Part shown: positions 44,410 to 55,445 of the stretch, piece after piece | How the letters are laid out: every line of letters starts with the position of its first letter | Numbering within the stretch: position 1 is the stretch's first letter | Origin: Caecitellus pseudoparvulus | Lineage: Eukaryota; Protista; Bigyra: Bicosoecida | Length of the DNA stretch: 64,000 bases | Reading direction: 5' to 3' | NCBI GenBank assembly: GCA_965644315.1 | Contig: CBFFRQ010000067.1 | Coordinates: 620,001-684,000, forward strand | The notes under the pieces: generated by a model | The model's input: only the letters and a program-made list of their open reading frames with translations | Databases searched by the model: none | What the model was told of the DNA's origin: nothing | Position numbers and translations under genes: made by a program

Positions 44410-47400
44410 ATGGCGAACATGGGCAGCGTCATTGCGGGGGACGAACCCATCAAAGTGCTGCTGGTGGGAGACAGTGCGTGCAGCAGCGCCAGGCTCTAGG
44501 CGCCGGTAATACGGCAGGCGCTGCAGGCACACACGGCCATGCGCGCTGCACCGCACGGCAGGTGGAGTCGGAAAGAGCACGTTTGTCGCCACCTTCGTCC
44601 AGGACGACGTCGTGAGCGAGGTGCGCGCGGCAGGCCGCCCTGTGTGACGCTCCTCAACGGCCGCGGCAGCACGTTGCAAACACTCCTGCGCAGGTGGCGC
44701 CGGTGGAGGAGCCTGTGCGCATGCCCTGCAAGGCCAACCTCGTCGTGCTGTATGACACGGATCCCAAGAAGCTGGCGACGGAGGATGACATCCTGCGTCA
44801 CGTGGACCTGGTGCGTGTCGGCGTTTCGCGTTTCATGGGCAGCCAGCACATCCACGCGCCCTCCTTTCCTTGGCAGGTGAAACCACATATCGTGGCCATG
44901 TGTGTGGACATCGTCTCCAAAGAGAGCATGGTCAGGGCTCGGGAGTTCTGGCTGCCAGCCCTGTCCAATTCCCCGCTGCAGCCCACCATCGCCTTGCTGG
45001 TGCTGCGCTTCGACGAGGGCGGCAACCTGTCCTGCATTGCCGCCGACGGCGAGCCCCAGACTGCTCTGGAGGACCTGGCCAACCCCCTCATGCACGCCTT
45101 CCCCTTGAACTGTGCGTTGCGCCGCTGCACCGTGCGGCCTCGCCCCTCACACGCACCGCCAGACGCTCCTGCGCAGCCGTTACCACCTACGCCAACGCCG
45201 TGGCATCGCCCGTGACAGTGACCAACGCCGTGGGGGACCTCGTGCACCACTCGCAGTTTCCTCACCGGCCCCTTGTGGAGGAGGACGAGCGCCTGCCGAC
45301 GCCTGGCTTCAAACGCGCCTTGAAACGCATTTTCCGCTCCCTGGACATGCGCGGCCACTCCCTGCTGGGGGTGCAGGAGCTGTCCCGCCTCAAGCAGTAC
45401 GTGTACGGCATTCCAGAGAAGTCCTCCGAGAGCGTGGGCCTCATTGCCTTCGTGCAGGACAGGTTCCCAGATGGCGTGGCGGCGCTGCCAACAGCCACGT
45501 CGGTGACGAGTGTGGACCCACACACAGGGCTCACCACCACCACCACCACGACGGCAGCCGCCGCGACATCGACGCCCCCTGGCACGACTGGCAGCGGCAT
45601 CACCTTCGACGGGTGGCAGTCCTTGAACATCTCCCATCTGCACGACAACTGGGAGGAACTCGTCTGGAGCATGCTGCGCGCCATGCACTGTGGCATGGCC
45701 CCCCCTCGCGACCTGCAGCCCCCTGCCGCCGCGGTCCTAGACGCCGTGGCGGCGGCTGCCCCTGGCCGCCTCCCCGCGCCCTCTGCCACCCTCCTGCGGT
45801 ACCTGCTCTTGCGGCGGGGCGTGAGGGCGGGTCTGGCTCACTGCCCACCCCCCGCCGTGGCTGCCTGGGGGACCGCCCATGCAGACCAGCTGGTGACCCT
45901 GTCAGTGGAAGGCACGACCTTCTTGGAGCACCTGTTCGACCACTACACGCGCTTCGCGCTGTGTGGCGAGACTGGGCGCCTGGTGCGGGACAGCGAGGCT
46001 GGCGACGGCGACATGCCCGTCCTGACGCCATCCTGCGTCGACCGAGTGTTCGCGACGCTGGGCGTGGTCGTGGACGTGAACGCAGCGGGGTCCGCCAAGG
46101 CCGCTGCGGCGTATTACGGCGCAGGCACCACCGCCCTCCTGCCCTCCGTGGCTGCACCTGGAACCCCCCCCGGGCACGCTGTGTCATACACCCCCCCTGA
46201 CGGGGTGGAGGCGGCCCCAGGCAGCAACGCTGTGTACGGCTTCACTGCAGCGCGGCAGCTGGGTCCAGGCGTCACCTGCGACGTGCCAAGCGACCAGCCC
46301 ACACAGGCCGAGCTGCTGGTGGGTGAGCCCCGTGAGGACGCTCTGCTGAAGGTCGCTATGGGGTGGTGGGGGCACCCCTTTGGCCCCACCTTCCCCTGGA
46401 CCGTACCCCACGCCGTGCTGGCCAGCGAGGACGCCGAAGCAGACATCTCCCAGGCAGTGGCAGTGGCACAGCAGTACGGGTCTGGGTTCGCTGCGCGGGC
46501 GGGTGCTGCGGCCTGCCTCTCAGCACAGGTGGCCATGAACACGGGTGAGGCGCTGGCGGTGGCCACTGCGGCCGCCCAGGCCTCAGGCGTGGATCTGCCT
46601 CTCCCGACAGACCCAGAGGGGGCAGCGGACCCTGACACGGCAGCGGCTGCACTCGCCGCAGTCCCAGAGGACCCCCTCCTCGCCGACGTCGCCTCCGCAG
46701 TGCAGGTGTGGCAGCACTGGACGCACGCCCACAGGGCCGTCGCGGCGTGGGCTGCAGCGGAGCAGCAGGCAGTGCCCCTGCGCACGTGGGCCCTGAACAA
46801 AGAACAGTGGCTGAGCGCCTGGCACCTCCTGGCGGCAGTATACCCCCAGATCGCCCTACGGTGCCTGGCGGGCCTCGGTTTCCTGACGCACTCCCGTGGC
46901 GGGCGGGGCGGTGGGCCCACCCGGGCTGGGCGTGACTCCAAGGCAGCCGCCCTCGCCGCAGCGCGTGCTGCTGGCCCAGACTTCTCCATCGCACCCGACG
47001 CCGTGGCGGGGTGGCTGTCAGAGCCGCTCGCCGTGGCTCATGGCGCAGGGGACAGCCTGCTGCCCGCCGCCCTGGATGAGCTGCGAGGGGATGCGGAGGC
47101 AGTGGCTGCTGCCGAGCGCCTCACTGCCGCGACACAGGACCCACACCTCGCCCTCACCTGCACGCCAGCCCGCAAGGCCGCCCCCTTCATCCCCTGCCCC
47201 ACCCGCACCGTGTACGTCCTCGGCAGCCCCGGCGTGGGCAAGACCAGCCTGCTGCAAAAGAGCCTCGCTCGGCGTGAGGCACGGCGCCTGCCCTGGCCCG
47301 CTGCACGCGCAGCTGTCGCCGCCGCGCCCACAGAGGGTGAGCCGGCCCCCGCCCTGTCCACTGTGGAGGCCGCCGCCGTGGCGTGCCAGGTGCAGGGGGG

Positions 47401-48106
47401 GGTGCCCCAGCCCATCCTGCTGCCCGCGCCGCTGCTGAACCTGGAACAGGAGCGCGCCAGTGCCAAGCAGCACGGCGAGGACTGGGACCAGCGGCGGGAA
47501 GAGCTGCGCAGTTGGCCCCAGCACCTGCTGGCCATCGAGTGGCCGGCAGACCACCTGGGCACCGCCATGGCCAAGGCCCGTTGGGAGGCGGACGTCGTGG
47601 TGGTGCTGGTGGACCCCTCGGACGCGGGCAGTGTGCAGTTCATGGACAAGGCTCTGTCCTCTGTCCCCGATCAGACGCCGTGTGTCGTGGTCAAGGCAGT
47701 GCGCCCGGGGGCCGGTGCCACTGGGCGGGACGACGCTGCCGCCGTCACTGCCGCCTGTGACACGCTGGGTGTGGAGGCGCACTTTACGTATGTGGACGGG
47801 TCCACGTCGGCCAAGCAGGTCAAGGAGTCGCTGTGGCGCTCTGTCGCGTATTACGCCTGCGACCACCGCGAAGGCTCCCCCCTCACGCCTGAGCGCCTGG
47901 CCCGTGCAGCTGACGCCAAGTGGCGGTCTGAGCTGCACACTGCTGCCAAGACTTTGGCTGTGGTGGGCGTGGTCGCGGCTGGCGCCAGTGCAGCCTACGT
48001 GTATCGCAAGGAGCTGTCGCAAGGCGCTGCTGCGTTGCGGCGCTGGGTTGTCGGGCTGTTCACCGCTGAGGCAGCCGAGCCTGCGCCAGCACCTGCTGCG
48101 AAGTAG
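44410..48106 (+). CDS. Mitochondrial Rho GTPase (Miro)-like protein, divergent (4 introns)
   Basis: GTPase1 KVLLVGDSGVGKST, ALKRIFRSLD..QEL, ELVWSMLR, FLEHLFDHY, WLSAWHL..LRCLAGLGF, GTPase2 VLGSPGVGKTSLL, C-terminal TM anchor. Confidence 0.85.
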
Positions 48107-48466
48107 CGGCTGTGAGAAGATAGAGCACGGCAAGTACCCTGTTATGGTTGTAACGCATCCGTGCCTGACCCTGCCCCCTGCGCAGCAGTCTCAGTGAAGA
48201 CTGAAAGGGTGGCGCATGGTAGTGGCTACGGGGCTGTCAAAGTGCGTCGTTGTCTTACATTCAAGTTCTGAGTGTGATCCAATGCAGTCCAACCACACTG
48301 GGAGCTGTAGACTGCTGTTTCGTTGCACGTGGAGCAGCACAGTGAACGCCACAAGCACCGGTCGCCACCGATTTCCGCAGACCTGCCCCTCGCTTCGGGG
48401 TCAACCCGCGCCACCAAGCACGCCCTGTGCAGGTTACCACCTCACAAACTCCATTTCACCTGAACA

Positions 48467-50404
48467 ATGGAGCCTCCACCCGACTCATTGGCGAGCTTAC
48501 TGTCGGCGCTGAGGAGCTTGGCCTCGCCGCCCAAGCCTGGCGCTGCAGCGTCTCACACACCTGCAGCAGCAAAACCCTGCGACCCGCACCCAATCGCGTC
48601 CGCCCTCCAGCACCGTCACACGCCGTCTGTCGCCCAGGCACATGCCAAGGCACTGCTGGCGGGCTGTGAACAGCTGCAGCAGCTCGGCCTGCTTGACGCC
48701 ACAGCACCCGCCACGCTGGCAGTGTGTCCCGGACGAGATCGGGTGTTCATGGGCCACACAGACAGCCCTGGGCTAGGCGGCTGCACCATCAACGCCGCGA
48801 CGGAGGGAGAGATCGCCTGCCTGGCCCAGAGCGGCGGCCCTGCCGGCACGCTCACCCTCCTTAGCCCTGACACCGCGCAGTACGCACCACTATCCCTGCA
48901 ACTGACAGCGCTGGTGTCCGCTGCAGACGCCGTGACGCAGACGGCACTCAGCGCATCACACGATGCTTCGCTTCTGGCGGTGGGTGCGGCGTCAGACCTG
49001 CCGGCGCGTGCCAGGGGGCTACAAGCCCTGTGGCGTGAGGTGGGCTGGGCGGGCTACGCAAGCGCAGCGCTAACGACCATGCTCAGCAGTGTGTGCAGTA
49101 CTGCAGCACAGCTCAAGGCGACCTTGGAAGCGGCTGAGAGTGGAGTCACACTTGCCTGCGTTAGTCTGGGCCTGCCGGCCACAGGCGGGGTCAGTTCCAG
49201 TGCTGCGTTGACGGGTGCGTTGGCACAGGCCCTGTGGAGTCACTGCAGTATCACTCACGAAAGGCAGCACCTCTGCGAGGTAGACTTGTGCGAGTACCTG
49301 CTCGGGAAGAGCGCTGGGGTGGCTGACAAGACGGCGCAGGTGTTCGCGCTGCCTGGTGAAGTGAGCGTCGTGACATCGTTCCCAGAAGCCTTCCAGGCGT
49401 CTGTGCCCATGCCGAAACACGCTGTTTCAGTGCTCATGGCCTATGGCCCTACACCACGCCTGACCACGTCTGCGGGGCTGGCTTGGCTGCGTGCCAACTG
49501 CGATCCTGACACGGCAACCCGAGTGCGCAGTTGGGCTGAGCGAACCATGCGCAGCTGCGCCAGTGGAGCCTACCTGGCAGCTGTGGAGGCCCTGGTGCGC
49601 GCCCTGCAGCAAGAACCCCCCAGCTTGTTGACAGAGGAGGAATTGGGGGCAGTGTTGCGCGCCGTGGGGGTGGAGAACCCGCTGCTTCGAGGGCTTGGCC
49701 CGAACGGCCCACTCGCACACACCATGCCAAACCCCGCCCGCCACGCTCTCATCTACAAGTGCCTAGCCCTCATTCCCAACGAAATCACACGAAATGGCAC
49801 CCAGCATTGGCCCAGGGCAGCTGCATTGTACGGCCTGTCAGAGTTGGAGCGGGGAGCGGAGTATGTGGCTGCTCTGCACCGCCTCGCCAGCCCAGACTCC
49901 ACAGACCATGACACGGCCTTCCAACGCCTCTTGGAATGTGTTCAGAGTGCGCATGATGGCGATAGGGCCCTGTTTGACGCGTGGGCAGCGCCTTGTGCCG
50001 ACACTGGCTCTTTAGCGAGCACTGAATGGGGCAAGCGTTCCGCCGCCGGTCTGGTGGCCGCACACCATGTGACTTCAGAACAGCTCCTTGAGTGGGCAGA
50101 AGCCCCGGAGAAGCACCCCTTGCACCTGAAGGCGGGGTCCTTCCAGCGAAGCTTGCCCAGCATTGACGCCGTGGTGGATGCGTTGGCTGAGGCGTTCCCT
50201 GGACAGGCGGCAGGCCGTGTGGCAGCGGCGGGGCTGGGCGGCTGCATGACCCTGCACTGCCGCCCAACTGTGGCCAAGGCAGTGCAAGCATTCCTGCAAG
50301 ACTTGGGCTGGCAAGTGCGGCCGGTTGTGCCTGCCCTGCCCTGCCAGGTGCTGCATGCATTGCGTGGGGGGCAACCACAAGGCGCTGCCCGCGCAGCCGA
50401 GTAG
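48467..50404 (+). CDS. GHMP-family, galactokinase-like sugar kinase (divergent)
   Basis: PGRDRVFMGHTD, ATP loop LPATGGVSSSAAL, EYLLGKSAGVADK, AGRVAAAGLGGC. Confidence 0.8.
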   Translation: MEPPPDSLASLLSALRSLASPPKPGAAASHTPAAAKPCDPHPIASALQHRHTPSVAQAHAKALLAGCEQLQQLGLLDATAPATLAVCPGRDRVFMGHTDSPGLGGCTINAATEGEIACLAQSGGPAGTLTLLSPDTAQYAPLSLQLTALVSAADAVTQTALSASHDASLLAVGAASDLPARARGLQALWREVGWAGYASAALTTMLSSVCSTAAQLKATLEAAESGVTLACVSLGLPATGGVSSSAALTGALAQALWSHCSITHERQHLCEVDLCEYLLGKSAGVADKTAQVFALPGEVSVVTSFPEAFQASVPMPKHAVSVLMAYGPTPRLTTSAGLAWLRANCDPDTATRVRSWAERTMRSCASGAYLAAVEALVRALQQEPPSLLTEEELGAVLRAVGVENPLLRGLGPNGPLAHTMPNPARHALIYKCLALIPNEITRNGTQHWPRAAALYGLSELERGAEYVAALHRLASPDSTDHDTAFQRLLECVQSAHDGDRALFDAWAAPCADTGSLASTEWGKRSAAGLVAAHHVTSEQLLEWAEAPEKHPLHLKAGSFQRSLPSIDAVVDALAEAFPGQAAGRVAAAGLGGCMTLHCRPTVAKAVQAFLQDLGWQVRPVVPALPCQVLHALRGGQPQGAARAAE

Positions 50405-50419
50405 CGAGGGACCGCAAAC

Positions 50420-53400
50420 TCACGCTCCTGGCATGTCAGGCACGATGGGGGCTTCCTCCCGCTCGTACCCAGTGTACTGGAGACGGTCCACATCGTCGTC
50501 ATACAGTCGTGCGGTGATTTTCCGCTCTGACGCACGCAGGCGTGTCGCAACATCGTCGAACAGTCGAGCGAAACCGACATCCGTCAACTGCGCCATTTGG
50601 GTGCGCAAGCCGCCCGCATCGTAGTACCGCGCGCTGACGCTGTTGTCTTGCGTGGGGGGCACTGCTGCCAACTGCCGTGCACGGCTGCGCACTGTGCCCT
50701 GGCCAGGGGCCGTGCTGGCGCTGTGCTGCAGTCGCCCACGTGCCGAGGCGCCGAGCAGTTTCGGCACAATGGTCTTCACGGGGTCCTCATCCAGACGCCC
50801 GCCTGCGCCAGACACCACCATGCGCCGCACTTGGGCCGACGCAGACAAGTCACTTGCGGCGGCAGTGCGCTCGCCCCGTTTGCGGGCAGCACGCGTCGCA
50901 GTGGTGGCGTCGAACACCGTCGAGCCGGGGCGCATGGAGCCACGGGTGAAGTAGGGAGACTCCTCCACCACTGCCTTGGGGTGGGCGCGCAACCACGCTG
51001 CGTGCTGGGCCTGCATGGCGTGCACGCCTTCATCCCGCGTCTGGTCAATGGTCACTTTGCCTGTCAAACTGCGTGTGTCGGACGCTGCGCCAACTTTGCT
51101 GCTGCCGGTCGCGATGGCCCGGGCAACAACGCGCGCATCCACCCCCGCCTTCAAGCGCTGCACAGGCGGGGCCCGTGCCGAACCGATGGGGCCCTCTGGC
51201 GCAGCGGTGGGGGGTGCCGGTAAGGAGGCACTGGGGGTGAGCAAGGCGACGCTGGACCCGCCCGTCGCCTGCGACCCCGCATCGTCCACCGCCCCCGCCA
51301 AACCCGACACCCTCGCAACGCTGGAGCAATACACACTGGCGGGATGTGCGTGGCGTGACACGGGCAACAGGTGCAGGGCACGAAGCTCCACACTGTCGCG
51401 GGTACTACCCTGCTGCACGGGAAGGAGCTGCTGCACAGCCGTTTCGCTGTGCTCAGCCTCATGCAGCGTTTCCATGACGTCACGAAACGTCACACTGGGC
51501 GTGCCCCGCGGGTTCGTGCTGCCAAAGCCGCCCACACCATCAGGCAGCACCGGTGTCGGCTGAGACCCCGGCTCGTGTGGAGTGGACGTCGCGGTCGCGC
51601 CTGTAACGCCGATGGGTTCCACGCCCCCTCTGGCCAGGCGGCGGACATACCTCGACCCCAGTTGCGACCACGTGTCCACTTGCCGCTCGGCGCCTTGAAT
51701 GGAGTTGTGCACGTGTTCCTGTGCCAGCTCGTCAGCTGACGGCTGCAGGGACGCCGCATGCTGCAGTGCGAACAGCAGGTACAGGGGGTCGGGCAAGTCT
51801 TCCACAGCCTCCGAGTCAGCGGCGGCCATGCGCTTGGCGGCATCGGAGGCGCGCTGGAAGGCCTCCACGCCACCCCGCAGCTCCAGCGTGCTGCTGCCTC
51901 GGCCGCGCGCCTGGGCGGCCTTGGAGTCACCGCCCCGGCCACCCTGCGCCTTGCCTGCCCGCGCCGAGTCAGTGTTGATGAGGGTCGCGGCATCGTACAC
52001 GAGGCGGTGCAGGTTGTTCTGGGACAGGCGCAGGACTGTGCAGCGCTGCGTGGCAACTGCTGTGAAGGTGCGGGTGGTGTCGTGGGGCTGGATGATGATG
52101 CGCCCGTTGTCGTCCAGACGCCAGGGTTCGCGCCCCTCGCCGATGGGGAAAATGTGCGCATCAGTGGCGCGCTTGCGCTGCACGTCGGCAGCACCCCCCA
52201 TGCCCCACTCTGCGTCGTCGTCCCCAGACAATACCCCGCCCTGGCGAACTGCTGGCGAGGGTGTCGGCGACTGCTGGCCGTCAGCCACGGCGTGTCGCAC
52301 AGCGAATGCAGCCTCCTCCCCGAACCACTCCCCCGTCGCCACGCGCCGGACGCGCACAGACATGTGCTTGCACCACAAACTGTGTCGACTGGCCCGGGCT
52401 GACCTGGCGGCAGCTGCGAGGCGTTTCCGCTCAAAGTCGGGGTCGGGGATCTCTGCCCGAACGGGGCTGCCGCCTTGCCGTTTGCCGACTTGTCTGTTCG
52501 CGGCCAGCCGGCGCAGCTTGCGATCCTGTCGCCCTGCCGCCTGCACGGGGGACGACGCCCCGTACAGCAGGTCTTCGTACGTGTCCAGGCTGCTGGCACT
52601 CTCCATGCCCACGCCCACCGGCACGTCGTCCTCTGGACGGTGTGTCGGCACAGCGTGCAGCACTCGAACTGGCACCGTGGCAAAGACCTCCACGCCACCC
52701 TGTGACAGCATGCAGAGACTGTCTGCGGGCTCGCCCTGGTTGAAAATCACCTGCCCTGCCTCGAATTCCGTCACTTCGAACTGCCGCGCGAGGGCCAGTA
52801 GCTTTGCTCGTGGCCAGGAACTGAACGTGGGCACACGCTGCCGCAGCCACTGCGCGATCTGCCGTGACCGCCGCTGGTGCTCTTGGATGACACATCGCTC
52901 GTAGTCTGCCATGCTCAGGCGCACCAAGCTCACGCCCAGCGTGGACGCAATGTCGTACTCGTCGCCACCCACACCACGAACACGCCCCTGGTGTTCCAGC
53001 GCCGCAGACCCCCCGTTCGCAGAGGAAATCATGTTCTCCAGCACTTCCCTGTCCAGTGCCGTCGAATCCCTGCCTTTGGCGCTCCAAATGGCCGCCGCGC
53101 TGCGTGTGCCAGCGCGCTCCCGTTCCGCAGCCTGCATAGCCAGCTGCTTGGAGAACAACGCCGCAGCAGCGGCACTTGCGACGGAGCCCTCTGTCGGCGG
53201 CGGCGCAACGACCACTGTCGGCAGGCTGGTGTTGCCGACATTGAACGTTCGCGAAATCTGCACTGTGGCGTACCTGCGCCCGCCCGGCAACCGCACATTC
53301 GCTGCAGCAGCCTTGTACACATCGCCCCAGACGGAGTCAGAAACGCCAGCCTCCGTCCCCTCTGCATCATGCTTGACGGTGCCGTGGCCCGCCAAACTCC

Positions 53401-54892
53401 CCAGGCGACCAGACTGCATAGCGGCGGTCACCTTTGCCTGCAAGGCACGCGGGCTGCTCGACACCCGGCCGCTGCCACTGGCCTGCAAAGCAGCCTTGTG
53501 CAGAGGCACTGCGGGCTGCAGCTGCACTGCCTCGCCCCACTCCTCCTCCGCCTCCACACCCGCAGAGCCAGTGAGCGTGGCCTTCTCAGCCAGGGCGGCA
53601 GCTTCTTCGGCGGTCAGCGTCCCCGGTAAAACGCCCCCCACCAGCGCAGCTCGCTGCAAATCACGGGTCAAACCGCGCAGTGCGACAAGCTTCGCCCCCA
53701 CTGCGCTCAGCACGTGCCCCTGCATCTTCGCATGCAGCAGGGCCTTGCGAATGGCCGCCAACTGCGCTGTGCGGCGGGCGGACTTGTTCTGTTCTACTGA
53801 CTGCAGCAGAGACACCCACGCTGGCGTGCCCACCATGTCCCCCACACGAAGCGTCGTCACCAACAGACCACGCAAGACAAGGAGCGCTCCAGACAGAACA
53901 AAGAACACCATGCCACCCCGTGAGTGCACCGCCGAACCTAGCTCTGCCAGCTGAGGCGGAAGGCTCAAACCGCCGCCGCGAGCTGCCAGGTCGGAGGGCG
54001 TGCGACCATGCCGAGGCGAGCCACCGCGTTCACGCTCCGTCTGTAGTGGCTGCGAGTCGAAATCGCTCATGTCCAACTGCTGGTCGGGCGCCAGCTGCAT
54101 CAGCACCAGGCTCTGCGCCATCAGTCCCTGCTGTGTCGCGGGCAGGTGGCGAAAGTGGGCGCTGTGTTGCCCCAGCCACTCCACCAGGGTCGCAATCTGC
54201 GACGCGCTGCGCTGGCTGCCCACCGTGCGCAGCGCATCTTTCACTCGTCGCTCCATGGTGCGTGTGTCGGCGTTTGAGATGCTCTCGAATTCCGCTCGAC
54301 GCGTCACCCAGGCAGGCATGAAGCTGCCGCTCACCACCTCCTCGTCGCCCTTGTCGGCTGGCAACCCTGCCTGCGACCCTGCCACTGCAGCACCTGCTGC
54401 GTCTGACTTTGGGGCAGTGGCGGCGTCAGAGACTGGCGGGCGGAGGGAGAGGCGTGAGCGTGCCCCCCGTCCAGAAGGAAGCCTGGTGATGGACTGTAGA
54501 TTGCGGGGCTTGTGGGGAGGCTTGTCCCCCCGTGGGTGTGCGTCGGACGCCTTGGGCCTGAACAGCATGTCTCGTGGCGTGGACGAGCCGAAGACTGGCC
54601 GGCGGGTCTTGACGTGCCGCACCATGCTGGGCGCAGCCGTGAACGTGCCAATTCCAGACGTACTGCGCCCTGGCTCTTGGCTGCCACTGTCACTTGCAGA
54701 ACTAGTCGGCTGCGCTGCCTTGCCCAGTGAGTGGCGCAGGGCTGCGGGGCCCGAAGCAATTTCCGCAGCGTCTTCGAGGGCGGTTCTCGCGCGTGCAGCC
54801 TCACGCCCAGCAGCAGCCTGCTCTGCGGATTCCATGCGCTCCTTGATGCTCTCGTACACCCATGGATCCTCCACGTACCATCGCTTCGCCAT
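50420..54892 (-). CDS. Cyclic-nucleotide-binding domain protein (two CNB-like domains with large insertions)
   Basis: FFVLSGALLV..TLRVGDMVG; VPTFSSWP..FEAGQVIFNQGEPADSLCMLSQGGVEV; GEWFGEEA; RTFTAVATQRCTVLRLS. First ATG at 54892. Confidence 0.8.
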   Translation of the reverse strand: MAKRWYVEDPWVYESIKERMESAEQAAAGREAARARTALEDAAEIASGPAALRHSLGKAAQPTSSASDSGSQEPGRSTSGIGTFTAAPSMVRHVKTRRPVFGSSTPRDMLFRPKASDAHPRGDKPPHKPRNLQSITRLPSGRGARSRLSLRPPVSDAATAPKSDAAGAAVAGSQAGLPADKGDEEVVSGSFMPAWVTRRAEFESISNADTRTMERRVKDALRTVGSQRSASQIATLVEWLGQHSAHFRHLPATQQGLMAQSLVLMQLAPDQQLDMSDFDSQPLQTERERGGSPRHGRTPSDLAARGGGLSLPPQLAELGSAVHSRGGMVFFVLSGALLVLRGLLVTTLRVGDMVGTPAWVSLLQSVEQNKSARRTAQLAAIRKALLHAKMQGHVLSAVGAKLVALRGLTRDLQRAALVGGVLPGTLTAEEAAALAEKATLTGSAGVEAEEEWGEAVQLQPAVPLHKAALQASGSGRVSSSPRALQAKVTAAMQSGRLGSLAGHGTVKHDAEGTEAGVSDSVWGDVYKAAAANVRLPGGRRYATVQISRTFNVGNTSLPTVVVAPPPTEGSVASAAAAALFSKQLAMQAAERERAGTRSAAAIWSAKGRDSTALDREVLENMISSANGGSAALEHQGRVRGVGGDEYDIASTLGVSLVRLSMADYERCVIQEHQRRSRQIAQWLRQRVPTFSSWPRAKLLALARQFEVTEFEAGQVIFNQGEPADSLCMLSQGGVEVFATVPVRVLHAVPTHRPEDDVPVGVGMESASSLDTYEDLLYGASSPVQAAGRQDRKLRRLAANRQVGKRQGGSPVRAEIPDPDFERKRLAAAARSARASRHSLWCKHMSVRVRRVATGEWFGEEAAFAVRHAVADGQQSPTPSPAVRQGGVLSGDDDAEWGMGGAADVQRKRATDAHIFPIGEGREPWRLDDNGRIIIQPHDTTRTFTAVATQRCTVLRLSQNNLHRLVYDAATLINTDSARAGKAQGGRGGDSKAAQARGRGSSTLELRGGVEAFQRASDAAKRMAAADSEAVEDLPDPLYLLFALQHAASLQPSADELAQEHVHNSIQGAERQVDTWSQLGSRYVRRLARGGVEPIGVTGATATSTPHEPGSQPTPVLPDGVGGFGSTNPRGTPSVTFRDVMETLHEAEHSETAVQQLLPVQQGSTRDSVELRALHLLPVSRHAHPASVYCSSVARVSGLAGAVDDAGSQATGGSSVALLTPSASLPAPPTAAPEGPIGSARAPPVQRLKAGVDARVVARAIATGSSKVGAASDTRSLTGKVTIDQTRDEGVHAMQAQHAAWLRAHPKAVVEESPYFTRGSMRPGSTVFDATTATRAARKRGERTAAASDLSASAQVRRMVVSGAGGRLDEDPVKTIVPKLLGASARGRLQHSASTAPGQGTVRSRARQLAAVPPTQDNSVSARYYDAGGLRTQMAQLTDVGFARLFDDVATRLRASERKITARLYDDDVDRLQYTGYEREEAPIVPDMPGA

Positions 54893-55445
54893 AGTGTGCA
54901 AGGTGGACCCCACCAAGCTGCCCAGCCGACCTCCGGGCACAAACGCCCCCTCAAGCAGCGGCGCCCGTGGCACCGCCACAGCGCCCCCCTCTGCGCGCTG
55001 AGATGGTCCGGACGTCGACGCCTCATGTCTGCTTGCAGCAGCTGCGCGGGGGAAGCGGGTCAGGCGTGTCACGAATGCGAGGCGCGCGCCAAGGTGCGTG
55101 GCCGACCTCGTCGCAGCGACACGCACCAATGCCAGCCTGCACGACCGGCGGCAGCAAGTGCAGCGACATGGCGCCGTGGCAGGGGTCCAATGGGAGCTGC
55201 ACAAGTCGAATTCCACTTCCTCCAGTGCCCCAGCTACCTGTGCCTGTCGGTGTGCGTCACACAGTGCCGCGTTGAGTGGGCACGTCTGGGGCGTCTGAGG
55301 CGCAGAGTCACAGCCGCGCCGCAAATCAGGCAGAGTGCAGGAAAAAAACGAAACCTTCAAGGCACCAGCTGCGTGTTCATTTCGTTTTGGTCGTTTTTTG
55401 TGCAAGGACAGTTCTTTGGCGCCATGCAGCGACACACAGGCGCAC

